DNA of 64,000 nt, taken from positions 756,617 through 820,616 of the forward strand of contig CM074818.1 of assembly GCA_037447605.1 (NCBI GenBank), given 5' to 3'. The position numbers and the translations under genes are program-made. This DNA comes from Zygnema circumcarinatum SAG 698-1b. Lineage: Eukaryota > Plantae > Zygnematophyceae. Under the pieces are notes generated by a model. The model saw only the letters and a list, made by a program, of their open reading frames with translations. It ran no database searches and was not told the origin of the DNA. Below, one piece after another: positions 14,837-27,198 of the stretch; the first letter of the stretch is position 1, and each line of letters begins with the position of its first letter.

Positions 14837-15288
14837 TGTAGCGAAACGCTATACATGTGTTGTATGGCCTAGTACTTACATCCGCGGTTGCCTTTTAATG
14901 GTAAAGCACTGGTGTGGGTACCGGGAGGTCTTGTGTTCAAACCTTGCAGTTGGCAGGTTTGTTACATTGGTATCAGAGCCAGTGCCCGGTATTTGTAATC
15001 CACCCTAAAAACACCGTGATCTCTGAGCATGGTACGGAACCCGTTCCTTAGTGGCCTGAGGGGCTAAGGCCGTAGTCCATGTGTTGAAGGAGCTTGAACG
15101 CTGCTCGTGAAAACCCTTGAGTGCGCTCGAGGACGAGCCCGGTTTAGGTGGGGAGGAATGTAGCGAAACGCTATACATGTGTTGTATGGCCTAGTACTTA
15201 CATCCGCGGTTGCCTTTTAATGGTAAAGCACTGGTGTGGGTACCGGGAGGTCTTGTGTTCAAACCTTGCAGTTGGCAAGTTTGTTACA
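14837..15288 (+). mobile_element. TRIM (non-autonomous LTR retrotransposon), intact, with tRNA-like LTRs
   Basis: 130-bp LTRs at 14837-14966 and 15159-15288 (TGTAG...TTACA, 1 mismatch); PBS TGGTATCAGAGCC at 14968-14980 (initiator tRNA-Met); polypurine tract GGGGAGGAA at 15150-15158; 5-bp TSD CCTCC on both sides; 192-bp non-coding interior. Confidence 0.94.
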
Positions 15289-16990
15289 CCTCCAAAAACT
15301 CCTCTACCTCAACACATGAGGGACACACCACCTAACGCCTTCACTAAAGCTTAGCATGATGAGAGATAGTTCTTTCACGACCTTGCTACTCAAGGTTAGA
15401 CTCCTCTAGGCCTCAGCCTTCGCATAATATTCCTAAAAAACAAAGGTCCAGTAACATAACATCCAGAGGGAGTGAGTGAGTGAGAGGGCCAAGCTTGTTC
15501 AACGGCAGCCAACGTGACGTGACCACCACTGTCACATCACGGCCGCACTAGCAAGTGTATGCATTCAACAGCCAGCGTCCAACAGCAAACTACGCGACCT
15601 CACATAAACCAATGCCAGCACCGACCTACGCTAGGCGTTCCGTACTGTTCTGCCGCTCATCCGTACACGTCTGCCGCCCTGCAAACCCTGACCTCGGTCC
15701 CTTTCCCTTTCAAGTTGTCCTCGTCAAAACTGAAGGCCCACTGAGGATCCACGTGGCTCCTTCTCATTTGCTGCCGACATCTCAAATCTCTCGATATTGC
15801 GCGAACCCATGCGTCAGCATAGCGATGCGAGGCGGCGTCGCTGTCTATGTTTGTCGCGACAATAATGTAAACGTAGCCAGTCAGCCTCGCGCACCAAAAT
15901 CTGCAGCGTCCGTACATTTCAGCGTTGTCGTTACAATCACTCGCGTCGATGCGGTCCGCGACATCGATTCCAGGCGCATTCCAGCACCTTTGGTACAATC
16001 TAAGCCGAAGCCATCCTTAGACTTACCGTACCGTGCCCTAATGATAGGAGCACCACCCATGTTCGGTCTAGACCAAACATGATCATCCATGCATAGACAC
16101 TGTCACTGTGACCTGTACCACATTGTACATTCTACACCAACACATTGATCTCCCGGACAACATACATGCGAGGAACGAAGTACCAACACTTAGATGTACC
16201 CTATACATCAACATAATACACAAGTTAGGGTTCAACCTGCACCCTGAACCTGAAAAATTTGAGACCTATAGGGGCACTGCGGCTGAAACGGAAAATGTGC
16301 TTCTCTCTCTTTCTCTCTCTCCCTCCCCTTCCCACCCACTCACTGGGCAGTCAAAAACTTCTAGAGATCAGTCCTGCACCCAAACAAGGAGCCGCTACTT
16401 CCAGAGTACGACGGAAGATCTACTCCAATCATACATTAATCAAAAGCACAACCTTAATTGTTAGGATTAGAATTTATCTTCAAAGATTTAGGGTTTTACA
16501 ACCTCCTCCACGTTGGTTCGGGGTTGAAGGATGGGGCTAGGGTTAGGATTAGGACTCGAGGTAGAGTATTAGGGTTATCCGGAGTCCGAGGGCTCACCGG
16601 GGGGCCGCCCGGTCGGCGTCCAATGCACGGCACGGGCTATCGGGCGGTAGCGCGGAAGGACAATCTTGGCCCAGCGCGGAATGCGTTCCCGCTCTCCCGC
16701 TCGGCCGACGGCGCCGAACCGGCGAGGGCGCTGCATGCGCTGATTGATTGCGACGTTTGATGGAACCGCGCTCTCCATCTCGACTGACGGCGCCCGCCTG
16801 AGCGCTGCGCCGAACCGGTGAGGGCGATGCATGCAACTGATTGATTGCGACGTTTGATGGAAGCGCTCTCCCACTCCCTCTCCCTCACCCTCTCCCTCTC
16901 CCTGTCCCTCTCCCTTTCACGCCCACTCCCCCTCTCCCTCGCCTTCGCCTTCGCCTTCGCCCTCACCCTTTTCCTTCCCCCCCTGCAGCC

Positions 16991-18840
16991 ATGGCGGCAA
17001 ATGCCGTCGTGTTGCGGGACGAGATTTTTTATGTGGCGGAGGAGCAGTAAGTAGAGGGAGGGGGGATAGGGAGAGAGAGACCAGGAGAGTGAGGGAGAGT
17101 GGGAGGGATAGAGGAGGAGGGGAGGGAAGGAGGGAGGCGGAGAGAGAAAGAGGGATAGGAGGGACGGACGGAAAGCAAAAAAAATAATTATAATTGAAAA
17201 TATAATTTCAGGATCTGTTTCAGGGTTCAACTTCCGGTTCATGTGCGTAAAAAAAAATTAGGAACGGGTTGGAATGTTGTATTTAGGGTTTGCATTGCAA
17301 CTGAGAATGCAATGGTGTTGAATGCAGAGTCGAAAGAGTCATATTTGGAGCAGGCGGCGATGGCGAACGCAACTTAACCATGGAGGAAGAGCAAGACCTG
17401 CAAGGTCAAAATGATTGTACCAGCACTGACATGAGGAGATATAAGTGTCTAATCTTTTTGAACAAAGTAACACGGAATGTAAATAGAATATGCGAAATTC
17501 AACCTTTTCGAATTGGAGCAAGTGGACTAGCTGGAGAATGTCTGTCATGGTTCCATTACCAATTCCATATACGTTGGGCGAAGTTGAAGCTTTCAAAATG
17601 AAATGCGTGAACTTGCTATTGATATGTTTTTGAAGGAGAATGCAGAAATTTATGACAAAGTTCATCAGGCCAAAGACCACATCTGGAATTACATGCAGTT
17701 GGGATCGTTCGTTCTGTTCACAACTCTGTACATCGTGGTTTTGTATTTGCAAGCGAACTCATTACTCACTTACGAGATTTCTACTTCTCATCAAGCCCTA
17801 CTTCCTCCGGTGAGAATTTCCTCACATGCTTCGCCGATATTCACAGGGTATTATTTTCGGAATTTTTTTTCTGTCTCTTTCTTTCTGTCAATACCCTTGT
17901 CCTTTTGCAACTCCCTTGGCTCCCTCTCACTGGTCTGCCACGCCTCCCTCTTTCCCTCTCCTTTCCTTGTCATGTCATCTTTCTCTCTCCTTACTTCATA
18001 TGGCAATGGAAACCATATACTCCTTCAATTTTTTAGTAAGATCCTTGGAAACCCTGAACAGCTACATATCAAACATTTGACCAGTCGAGAAAACCTCGAA
18101 TCTTCACTGTCATGCATGAAGGCTGGATGATGCACCAGAAGGAGTTATTGCTCTTCAGGCTTATAACTTGGGGAGGTGGAAGTGACTTGGGAGGGGAAGG
18201 TGGCGTAAATCCTAATGTCAACCTTTTTTTTATTCATTGAGTGTACGGTATGAAGTAGTTTACGGTGTCTGCTTGCAGGGCGCAAGTGGAACTGTTCCAG
18301 TCATATTTTCCGACGGCCCTTCCGAAATATACGATTGGCTAAATGAATCGTTCATTCAGGTTTGCTGGATCTTTTCTCCCTCTTTCCCTCTTAATTTTTT
18401 TCCCTACATGTGTTTTTCTATCGTCCTTTGTGATACGCATAGACTCGTTTTTTATCTTTTATTCTCTGGGGACTTGAGGATTGATGAGATTCTAAGATGA
18501 GTTACGTGGGCACGAGCTGCAAGATCAAGATTCGACTGGCAAAGATTAGGGTTGGGTCTGCATGATTAGATTTGGCGTGTCATATTTTGACTATTGAAGT
18601 TCCTGAAATGTGTGGGTTTGGCGTGCAGACGGTGTGGGCGGATCCATTATGCGGCAACGGCATCTGCGAGTCGCCGACGGAGCACGTACAGTTCGGACGG
18701 TTTGGCTGTTTGGCGGACTGCGGCAAGTTCGCGAACACAACAAGGGTCGTGCTCAGCCTCTCTAACGACTTCGCGTCGCCGCAGGAGCAGGCTGCCACCT
18801 CATGGAACCTCTGCATGTCGCGCCCCGTCGGGCTCTGCTG
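16991..18840 (+). pseudogene. Partial paralogue (exons 1-5) of the PKD2-like gene at 47238; truncated or cut by the assembly gap
   Basis: Exons 16991-17046, 17328-17404, 17646-17809, 18279-18359, 18629-18840 keep an open frame and match exons 1-5 of the full copy (S1 helix, LCGNGICESPTEH..FGRFGCLADC). Followed by CT repeats and a 100-N gap at 19662-19761. Confidence 0.8.
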
Positions 18841-19761
18841 GTGAGGCTGCTACTCGTCAACCCTGCTGCAGGGAGTCAGAGCAAGTAGAAAGAATGTGTG
18901 GATTGGACTAGAGTTATTACGGGAATGTGTTTCAAAATTTCGTTGAGCTGCGGACAGATTTGGAACTTCTATTCACCGCGACCTACTCTCCCCTATCTCC
19001 TTCCCCGCTCTCTCAGCTCTTTTGATCTTTCCCGTATCTCTCTCTCTCTTTTTTGTTCCTCTTTCTCTCCCTATCCAGCTCTCCTCGCTCACTTCCTTTT
19101 CCTCTCCCCTCGTCCAGTCCTCCCCTTCTCCTCTCCCTTGCCCTCTTCCCGTTCTCCCCTCTCCCTCTCCAACTTATTATCATTTTCCCCTCTCCCCTCG
19201 CCTTCGCCCCACGCCCCTAGCCCTCCACCCTTCTCCCATCTCTCCATCTCTCTCTCCCCTCTCCCCTCTCCCCTCTCCCCTCTCCCCTCTCCCGTCTCCC
19301 CTCTCCCCTCTCCCCTCTCCCCTCTCCCCTCTCCCCTCTCCCTCTCCCTCTCCCTCTCCCTCTCCCTCTCCCTCTCCCCTCCCCTCTCCCCTCTCCCCTC
19401 TCCCCTCTCCCCTCTCCCCTCTCCCTCTCCCCTCTCCCCTCTCCCCTCTCCCTCTTCCCTCTTCCTCTTCCCTCTTCCCTCTTCCTCGTCCCTCGTCCCT
19501 CTTCCCTCTTCTTCCCTCTTCCCTCTTCCCTCGTCCCTCGTCCCTCGTCCCTCGTCCCTCGTCCCTCGTCCCTCGTCCCTCGTCCCTCGTCCCTCTTCCC
19601 TCTTCCCTCTTCCCTCTTCCATCGTCCCTCGTCCCTCGTCCCTCGTCCCTCGTCCCTCGTCNNNNNNNNNNNNNNNNNNNNNNNNNNNNNNNNNNNNNNN
19701 NNNNNNNNNNNNNNNNNNNNNNNNNNNNNNNNNNNNNNNNNNNNNNNNNNNNNNNNNNNNN

Positions 19762-19975
19762 AAGCTCCTCCTGAGAGTTCTCCCTCTCTCCGAGCTGCAC
19801 AACGTGCCTGCGCGTCTCCTTCAGGATTTCCTTCGCCTCATTCTTTAGTCCCTACACCAAAGCTTCCAACGAGCTGCAAAGGCGAAACCACAAAAAATCT
19901 CAAGCTTAAACAATGACTTACCAGGCAAAGCAACGTACAAATATGAAGAGAACACAACTCTTCAGGTGTAGCCTC
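19762..19975 (-). pseudogene. Inverted fragment of PKD2-like exon 25 plus preceding intron, frameshifted
   Basis: Reverse strand reads tttgcag|LVGSFGVGTK then, after a frameshift, NEAKEILKETRRHVVQLGERENSQEEL, matching VVGSFGFEGPENEAKESVKETRGHVVKLGEREYSPEEL at 62052-62165; the intron matches ~61960-62051. Confidence 0.85.
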
Positions 19976-19984
19976 AAAATCTTT

Positions 19985-21013
19985 CTCGTTGGTTGGTTGG
20001 ACCCTGCCAACCATTGCCAATGGTTGGCAAAGCGGCCACTCAACAATGAAGATCCACTAACATTGTTGTTGTTGTTGCCTTCGGCTACGCAAATCTCTTA
20101 TCAAACTACTGATTGGCTCTACGCAAGCAGCAGATCCACCATTCTTTACAACCCATTCCTCAAGCTCCATGATCCATCCATATCACCTGTCCATCGCAGT
20201 CCTGATCTCTCATCATCAGAAGTAATTGAGCGACTCTTTGTTCCGGGACTCTTTGCCTCAAAATCTTTCTCCTTGGTTGGTTGGACCCAGCCCACCATTG
20301 CCGATGTTTGCCAACCATTGGCAATGGTTGGCTGGGTCGCCAGGGCATGCCCTGGCATGGCATCGCATCGCATCGCATCGGCATGGGGAAAATCCATCAC
20401 AGGCCCATATTTCAAAGTTCATATGTCGTCGATGTTTGCATGTGGGCCCCACGGAGCCATGTTGGGGCACATGGGCGTGGACCGAACACGTTGTGGATGG
20501 GCGGGCAATGGAACCAAGGAGGAGTGTGTGCATGAGAGCAAGGGGGGCGGGTCATGGGGTAGCATTCCCATGATGGGGTAGCATGCACATGATAGGGTAG
20601 CATGTCCACGATGGGGTACCATGCCTTGGAGCGGCCGGTTTAGAGGATGACATGAGGGTAGCGAATTGAAAAAGATTCAAAGAGATAAATCCTGAACTTT
20701 AAATCCTCCAACCAAGGCAGAAGGTTATGAACCAAAGTTGAAAAGGGAGCAACACTGCTGGCAAAATAAATATAAATGGGTTTGTGTGTGTGAGTTTTCA
20801 CATCACTTTCATATACAAACCCCTAAGCATCCTAAAGCCTGATTCACCTCTACTCATGTGTAGAGTGGAGTGCATTCCACAGATCGAGGGGGCTCCGTGA
20901 CATAAAATTTACAAATTAGGGTTCAACCTGAACCCTGAACCCTGAACCTTGAACCCTGAACCTGAAAAATTTGAGACCCATAGGGCCATTGCGGCTGAAA
21001 CGGAAAATGTGGT

Positions 21014-21053
<40 letters not shown>

Positions 21054-21330
21054 CCTCCCTCCCCTTTCTCCCACTCACTCCTCGCAGTCAGAAACTTCCA
21101 GAGATCAGTCCTGCACCCAAACAAGGAGCCGTTACTTTCAGACTATGATGGAAGGTCTACTCCAATCATACATTCATCAAAAGCACAACCTTACTTGTTA
21201 GGATTAGAACTTTTCTTCAAGGATTTAGGGTTTTACAACCCCCTACGGGTTGGTTCGGGGGTTGAAGGATGGAGCTAGGGTTAGGATTAGGACTCAAAGG
21301 TAGAGGATTAGGGTTAGGGTTAGGGTGTAA
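19985..21330 (+). repeat. Dispersed repeat/segmental duplicate, copy 2
   Basis: Homologous to 13065-16570 (direct) and, for 20030-20245, to 63170-63415 (inverted). Ends in GGGTTAGGGTTAGGG. Confidence 0.8.
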
Positions 21331-21550
21331 CAGATGTTAGAGTCCCGAGCGCCACGTGGCGGCTCAAGGGACACAGAAGCCCTTAAGGACCTTCATCGCG
21401 ATTAGTACTGACTAAGTAATGATTCCAAAAACGGTTCCCTCAAGCCCTATGTGTCTAAGAAAAAGATCCAAACATTAAAAACAGAAAACAACAACGCAAA
21501 AAAAAAAAAAAAAAAAAAAAAAAATGACTGACCTTGAAAGGAGAAGAACT

Positions 21551-24500
21551 CTAGCAGTTCGATTTTGCCATGTCCTCCACAGCTTGAGCACCTTCCAAGG
21601 GTCTCCTCTCCTCTAAAACGTTCCCACTCTCACTCCCTCTCGATCTCCCTCCCTTTAGCTTCGCCAACTGATACATAGAACATCCGATGCTAGAATAAGT
21701 CAGCCCGAAAACTAGATCGGCAATCGTTGGGTGAAAAAGTTGAATGCGCTGAAGGAGGCTTAGGATAAAAAGCAAAAGCTGTACATAACGAAAAATATTT
21801 TCAAAATTTGGATGATTTTGTGCGAATCTGAAATATAGAACAAACCCTAATAGCCCCTCCCTCCCCTCCCTCCCAACCTACCTGCCTCCCTCCACCCCCC
21901 TCATCCATCCCCTCTCCCTCCCACCCCCTTCCCCACCTTCCCCCTCAACCCCTTCTACCCCCCTCCCCCCTCCCCTCCCTCCCTCCCGTCTCCCTCCCCT
22001 CCCTCCCCCCCTCCCTCCCTTCCGTCCCCTCCCTCCCGTCCCCTCCCGTCCCCTNNNNNNNNNNTCCCTCTCTCTCCCCCTCTCTCTCCCTCCCTCCCTC
22101 ACCTGCGTCTCCAGCTCCTGCACTCTCTGCAGAGAGGTGCTTTCCGCCTGCGCCCTGAGCTCCTTTTCGCTTTCGAGCTGCTCCGTGAGTTGGTAGCGCA
22201 GTTCGGCCATTTCCTGAGTCATGTCCTCCGCCTCGTCCAGGGCTCGAGCCTTCTCACGCTGAAGCTGAGCCTGCCCTTCTCTCCCACATTCTTTACATAT
22301 TAGAAAATTATTTCATAGGAATTGAAATGAAAAGGGTGTCTTAGAAGGCGAGGAGATTCAGAAAGGCCATTTTTTGTTTGTTTGGTTTTTTTGTTTTTTG
22401 GGGGGGGGGGGGGGAAGGGAAGAGGTGTAATTTTTGACCTTGAGCGATTCTTCCCCGTTTTCAAGTTCCTCTACTCTCGCCTTCAAGGTTTGGACCTCTT
22501 CCTTTGCAGCTTCTGCCTCAGCCTTCGCTTCCTGCACTTGAAAACTGCTTACTTATAAAACAGCAGTTTCAGGGCATCGAATGTATATGAGATCCCTAAG
22601 AACCCTAAAAACACAGTGACAGACAGAGAGAAAGACACAGAGAGAATGAGATATGGAGGGAAGGGAGAGAGTGAGAGAGAGACACAGAGAGAGAGTGATA
22701 TAGACGGGAGAGAGAGAGTGAGCGAGAGAGAGGGTGGGAGAGAGAGCGTATGCAAGCAATTGTGGAGAGGGAGTGCAGGGTGATGGGAACAAAAGAGATG
22801 CGAGAAGGGAGACAGATAGAGAGAGAGAGGGGGAGTGGGAGAAATGCTACCTTAAGAGCTGATTCTAATTGCTTCACCACACCCATTTGGAGGCCCAAAT
22901 GCGCTTCTCCCCACTCTGACATATTCCGTACAGCTCCTCCTTCAGAGAGAGGGGTCGCTTCCTGTTAGGTTCCCATATCCCATCGACACGTGTCGCAGTT
23001 TTACGCGTTTTCAACATCATTAGAGAGAGAAAAAGAGAGAGAGGGAGAGGGGAACGGAGGGAGAGAGGGCAGAGAGGAACAGAGGTGAAGAGGGGCACCA
23101 AGAGAGAGTGCGAGAGCGAGATTTTCGCGTAAGAAAGCGAACATGGCAGGTATACCTTTACATAGAAAGTGGTAATAGAAAAGAAAAACAGGAGGGAGAG
23201 AGGAAGGGAGGGAGGGAGGGAGGGAGGGAGGGAGGGAGGGAGAGGAGCAACTCCTTACAGGTGGAGTAAGTGGCGAGGCTGGCGGTACAGGTAGAGGGGC
23301 TCGTCCATCCGCCAATGTCAGATTGCCACGTGGCACATCTTCAGCCAAACTCGCCTCGTCCGCATCCTGACTCGTGGCACTGTTGCCCCCTCCCCATTGG
23401 CGGAGAAAACAGATACGACAAACTCATAGTGTTCAAGATTATACATAATAACACAATACAATCTGTACAAAAAGATACAATGTTAATTGCTGAAAAGCAT
23501 TTCCTTTCGCCAAAAATATCTACATCATCTTCACCTCTCTGCATTTCGTCAAGACATGCGCCGAAAGGGCTAAAGACAACAGAGTTTTTTGCGTTGCATG
23601 TACGGGTTCAATAGTCTTTTGTTAGTATTTACATTCCCTCTCATTCGGTAAACCTAAAGACCATCAGAACCCGGGAAACTTGAAAATGTAAAGTTGAGAG
23701 CAGGATTTGCTAAAGCAGGATTTGTAGACTGACCTTAGAAATTCAGAAGCTTCGGAAGAATCTTCTGGAAGCTCCTTTACAATCTGTATTTCCGTTGTAT
23801 TTAAGACTGCTGGTTTTGAACTTTGAAGATTATCTGAAGCAGCAGCCCCCCTATTCCCGGCTTTCAAAGACTTTAGAGTGCCCTAAAGAGTGCCTTAACT
23901 CTTCTTAAGTGAAACCCTAAAAGAACATTGAAACTTTGAATCAGAAGTGATTTTAATCACTTCAGAAAACAAGGTCAAATTAAAAGAAAAAGTGAATAGT
24001 TTCAACTATTATCACACCTCCATCACTTTGTAATTTCCGCTGCCGAAAAAGCTCAAATCGAAGAGCTTCGGAAAGAGCCAACTCTGCTCTTAATCTCTGT
24101 ATCTCTCTCTGACAACCATCCCTTCAAACTTTACAAACTTCAGAAATCTTAGAATTTCACACTCCTTAAAGCCTTCTCATGAATGTAGGAGAAAAAAACA
24201 AAAAAAAAATCAAATGGATAGGGGTTTTAGGTCCCTCCCTTTCTATGTCGACAAGGAAATGAATATTATTCTATCTTAAAACGGTAGGTTGGTCTGCATA
24301 CTTGGAGAGCGAAAACATCCTCCTCCCCATAGTGGTCCAGTCTCTCCTCCATCTCCGCCAGCTTCCCTCCCATCCGCTCTACCTCTCGTGCCTTTTCCGC
24401 GTACCTCCTCCTCCATTCCTCTGCACAGCCCTCCATGCAGCTCTTGAGGGACAAGTCAGGGTTGAGAGAGGTGAGAGAAGTGAGAGAGGTGAGAGAAGTG

Positions 24501-24614
24501 AGAGAGGTGAGAGAAGTGAGAGCGGTGAGAGAAGTGAGAGAGGTGAGAGAAGTGAGAGAGGTGAACGAAGTGAAAGCGCTGAGAGGGGTGGAAATGAGAA
24601 GGGAAGTGAGAGGG

Positions 24615-24666
<52 letters not shown>

Positions 24667-25904
24667 GAGTTGAACCTTCGAAACCACTACTCTAAGAACC
24701 AAGGCAACATACAGATACAAGCACCCTCCATCACCATCAAGTGAACAAGACAGTCTGCTGACTGAATGAATTCAGCTCTACAATGGGCCAATTAGCTTTT
24801 AGCCAATTCCCTACGCTAAAAGGGGTCCTTCAAACGCTTAGTGGGAATTACCACATCGAGCTGCAGTAGCTCTGAGTTCAACCTTCAATATGGAGACCTG
24901 CTCCTGAGTCTCCTGCAGCTGCTGCATTATGGAGTCTTGCAGGGCAAGAAGCTGCCAACATTTCCGACAGGAGCAGTTATAAGTGTAGGTTTGTCTAAAA
25001 TATGAGGAAATCTGGCAACAGTTAAACGGCAGACGAGAAAAAGAGTTGCAAAAAATGACTTCGTGCAGGGCTTTACCAACATAACCTGCAAAACTTTATA
25101 GGAAGAAACTGTTGTTCAATGGCTGAATGAAACTATTGAAGAGCATCGTGTAGAAGAAAATAAGAATGCACGGAGAGATCATTTTTTTAGACACATGTTG
25201 CAGAGGTGCACAAACGCATCGCATTTGATTTTTCAACCATTTTTAGGCGACGAACTTTTCAGAGTTTTTGGGAGATGTTGTTGAAAGAGTTGAAGAGTTG
25301 GAGCCCACCTCCGTGCTCTCATTCCTCATCTGCTCGTGCAGCAGCATATCCTCCAGCACATCCTTTTCCTGACATACCTGCAAGGAAAGATGGTTTTCCA
25401 CAGAAAGGGGTGAATTTAAGCAAAACGGGGGGGAAGACAGTGAAAAAGATAATGGGAAAAATGAAGAGGGGAGGAGAGGGAGAAAGGCAAAACTGAGGGA
25501 AGGAGAGGGACAAGAAAGTGGAGAGAGGGTGAAGGGGATGAGAGAGAGGTGAGAGGAAGGGGAGGGAGAAGAGATGAGGGGTGAAGAGAGAGAGAAAGGC
25601 GGGAGATGAGAGAGAGAAAGAGAAGGTGAGAGAGAGGAGTGGATAGGAAGGGCCGAGAGAGAGAAGAAGAAGTGTGAAGACAAAGTGAAGTGGAGCACGG
25701 TGGAGAAAAAGTGGGGAGAGACAGAGAAACAAAGAATAGAGGAAGTGCGGGGAGAGAGAGGGAGAGAGGGAGGATAGAGAGAAGGAGAGCAAGGGAGCAA
25801 TAAGTGGGAGCAGAGAGGGGAGGTGGGAGACCGGACATGCTCACCTCCATGTACTTGTTAAGAAGCTCCCCATGAGATAGCCCCACTACTGAGGAAAAGT
25901 CCAT
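21551..25904 (-). CDS. Multi-exon coiled-coil protein of unknown function (~350-400 aa)
   Basis: Exons include 25845-25904 (MDFSSVVGLSHGELLNKYME), 25309-25377, ~24857-24953 (LLALQDSIMQQLQETQEQV), ~24015-24110 (REIQRLRAELALSEALRFEL), 22439-22531 (EAKAEAEAAKEEVQTLKARVEELE), 22103-22270, last exon ending TAG at 21551. The frame of the ~24300-24440 exon is ambiguous. Confidence 0.7.
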
Positions 25905-26384
25905 CCCCTTCCCTCAAATCACCTCCTCCTCCTTCCTGTTTGACCGCTCACAACCAAACCAACAGACGAAAGAAATAAATAATTTCTCGGAAAAGGCATG
26001 TAGAAAAGGAAATAAAGGTCAGGANNNNNNNNNNAGGGAGGGAGGGAGGGAGGGAGGGGAGGGAGGGAGGGAGGGAGGGAGAGAGGGAGGGATCACGAGC
26101 CCAAAAGTAAAGCCCATATTCAAACGAGTCCCCATTGGGGTACCAAACAAGCACAGCTTTTATTTATTTTCCTTCCTACTTCTTCGTTCCTTAGCATCGG
26201 TGGAAAACAGCAGCATTGGTGGTTCATGCGAGCATCCATGCACCCCAAAAACATGCAATTAACACACTACCAATGCTAGAGGGTTTCAATCGTTAAAAAA
26301 ACAAAAAAAAAAAAAAATGTAGAAAGGGAAAATCGAAATCCGTACTTCTTTTAAGTGAACATCAGGAAAACAAACAGGATGGGT

Positions 26385-26620
26385 TCCACTGTTTATTCCA
26401 CTTTTTATTCCACTTTATCCCACCCTTTATTCCACTCTTTATTCCACTGTTTGTTCTACTGTTTATCCCACTCTTTATCTCACTGTTTATTCCACTGTTT
26501 GTTCTACTGTTTATCCCACCCTTTATTCCACTCTTTATTCCACTGTTTGTTCTACTGTTTATCCCACTCTTTATCTCGCTGTTATTCCACTGTTTATCCC
26601 ATTTTTATTAAAATAAAATG
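26385..26620. repeat. Tandem array built on a ~12-bp TTATTCCACT(G/C)T unit
   Basis: Repeating ttattccactgtttgttctactgtttatcccactctttat upstream of the coiled-coil gene. Confidence 0.8.
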
Positions 26621-27198
26621 TCCAATTACAGGGTGTTTCAAGTTTTCCTTCACACATTCCTCCAACATTCTGTCAATGAATTACTAGTTCCCACAGGGCC
26701 CCTCCCACCTGCTTGCCTTCTCCTCCTTCTCATCAGCGCCTCATGCATGCATGCATGCAAGGCCCCTCTCCAACCCTAATTTTAGCCCTAAAAGTACACC
26801 CACCGACCTACCCCTACTTCCTCCTCTGACTAAACCGCTGACGCTCGCCTTCAACCCCAACTTTAATTTCAGCAGAGTCCATCACAATGTTCCTTGACCT
26901 AATTCTCTAAAAACTCAAACTCTAAAGCTTGCGCAGACTTGAAGTTTGAACCCTAATCCGCACGCTGACTCGAAGCCTAACCCTAAAATTGACAGCAGTC
27001 ATGTCAAGTGGACTCTTAACCCTAATCTAGCGATGCGCAAGCCTTTACGAAGCCCAAATTCTAACCCTGTGACGTTGATCCGGTATCGGTAGACCTTGCT
27101 TTTGCATGTAACCCTAATCCTTGCCCTAATTCTTGCCCTCACTTCCGGTTTAACATCATGTCATAGCTCTCACACATTTTTATCTATTTTCTGAGTCG

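Larger units (their letters stand above)
13065..16570 (+). repeat. Dispersed repeat/segmental duplicate, copy 1 (interrupted by insertions)
   Basis: 13065-13272, 13690-14345 and 16225-16570 match, in order and orientation, the contiguous block at about 20280-21330. Confidence 0.8.

Noticed and set aside
14884-14954. Functional tRNA gene
   Set aside because: T-stem and anticodon loop are imperfect and the sequence is duplicated as part of both LTRs; treated as a tRNA-derived promoter module.
26385-26620. CRISPR-like array (also considered for 13763-14063 and 46865-47170)
   Set aside because: Contiguous degenerate tandem units without unique spacers, no cas genes, eukaryotic context.
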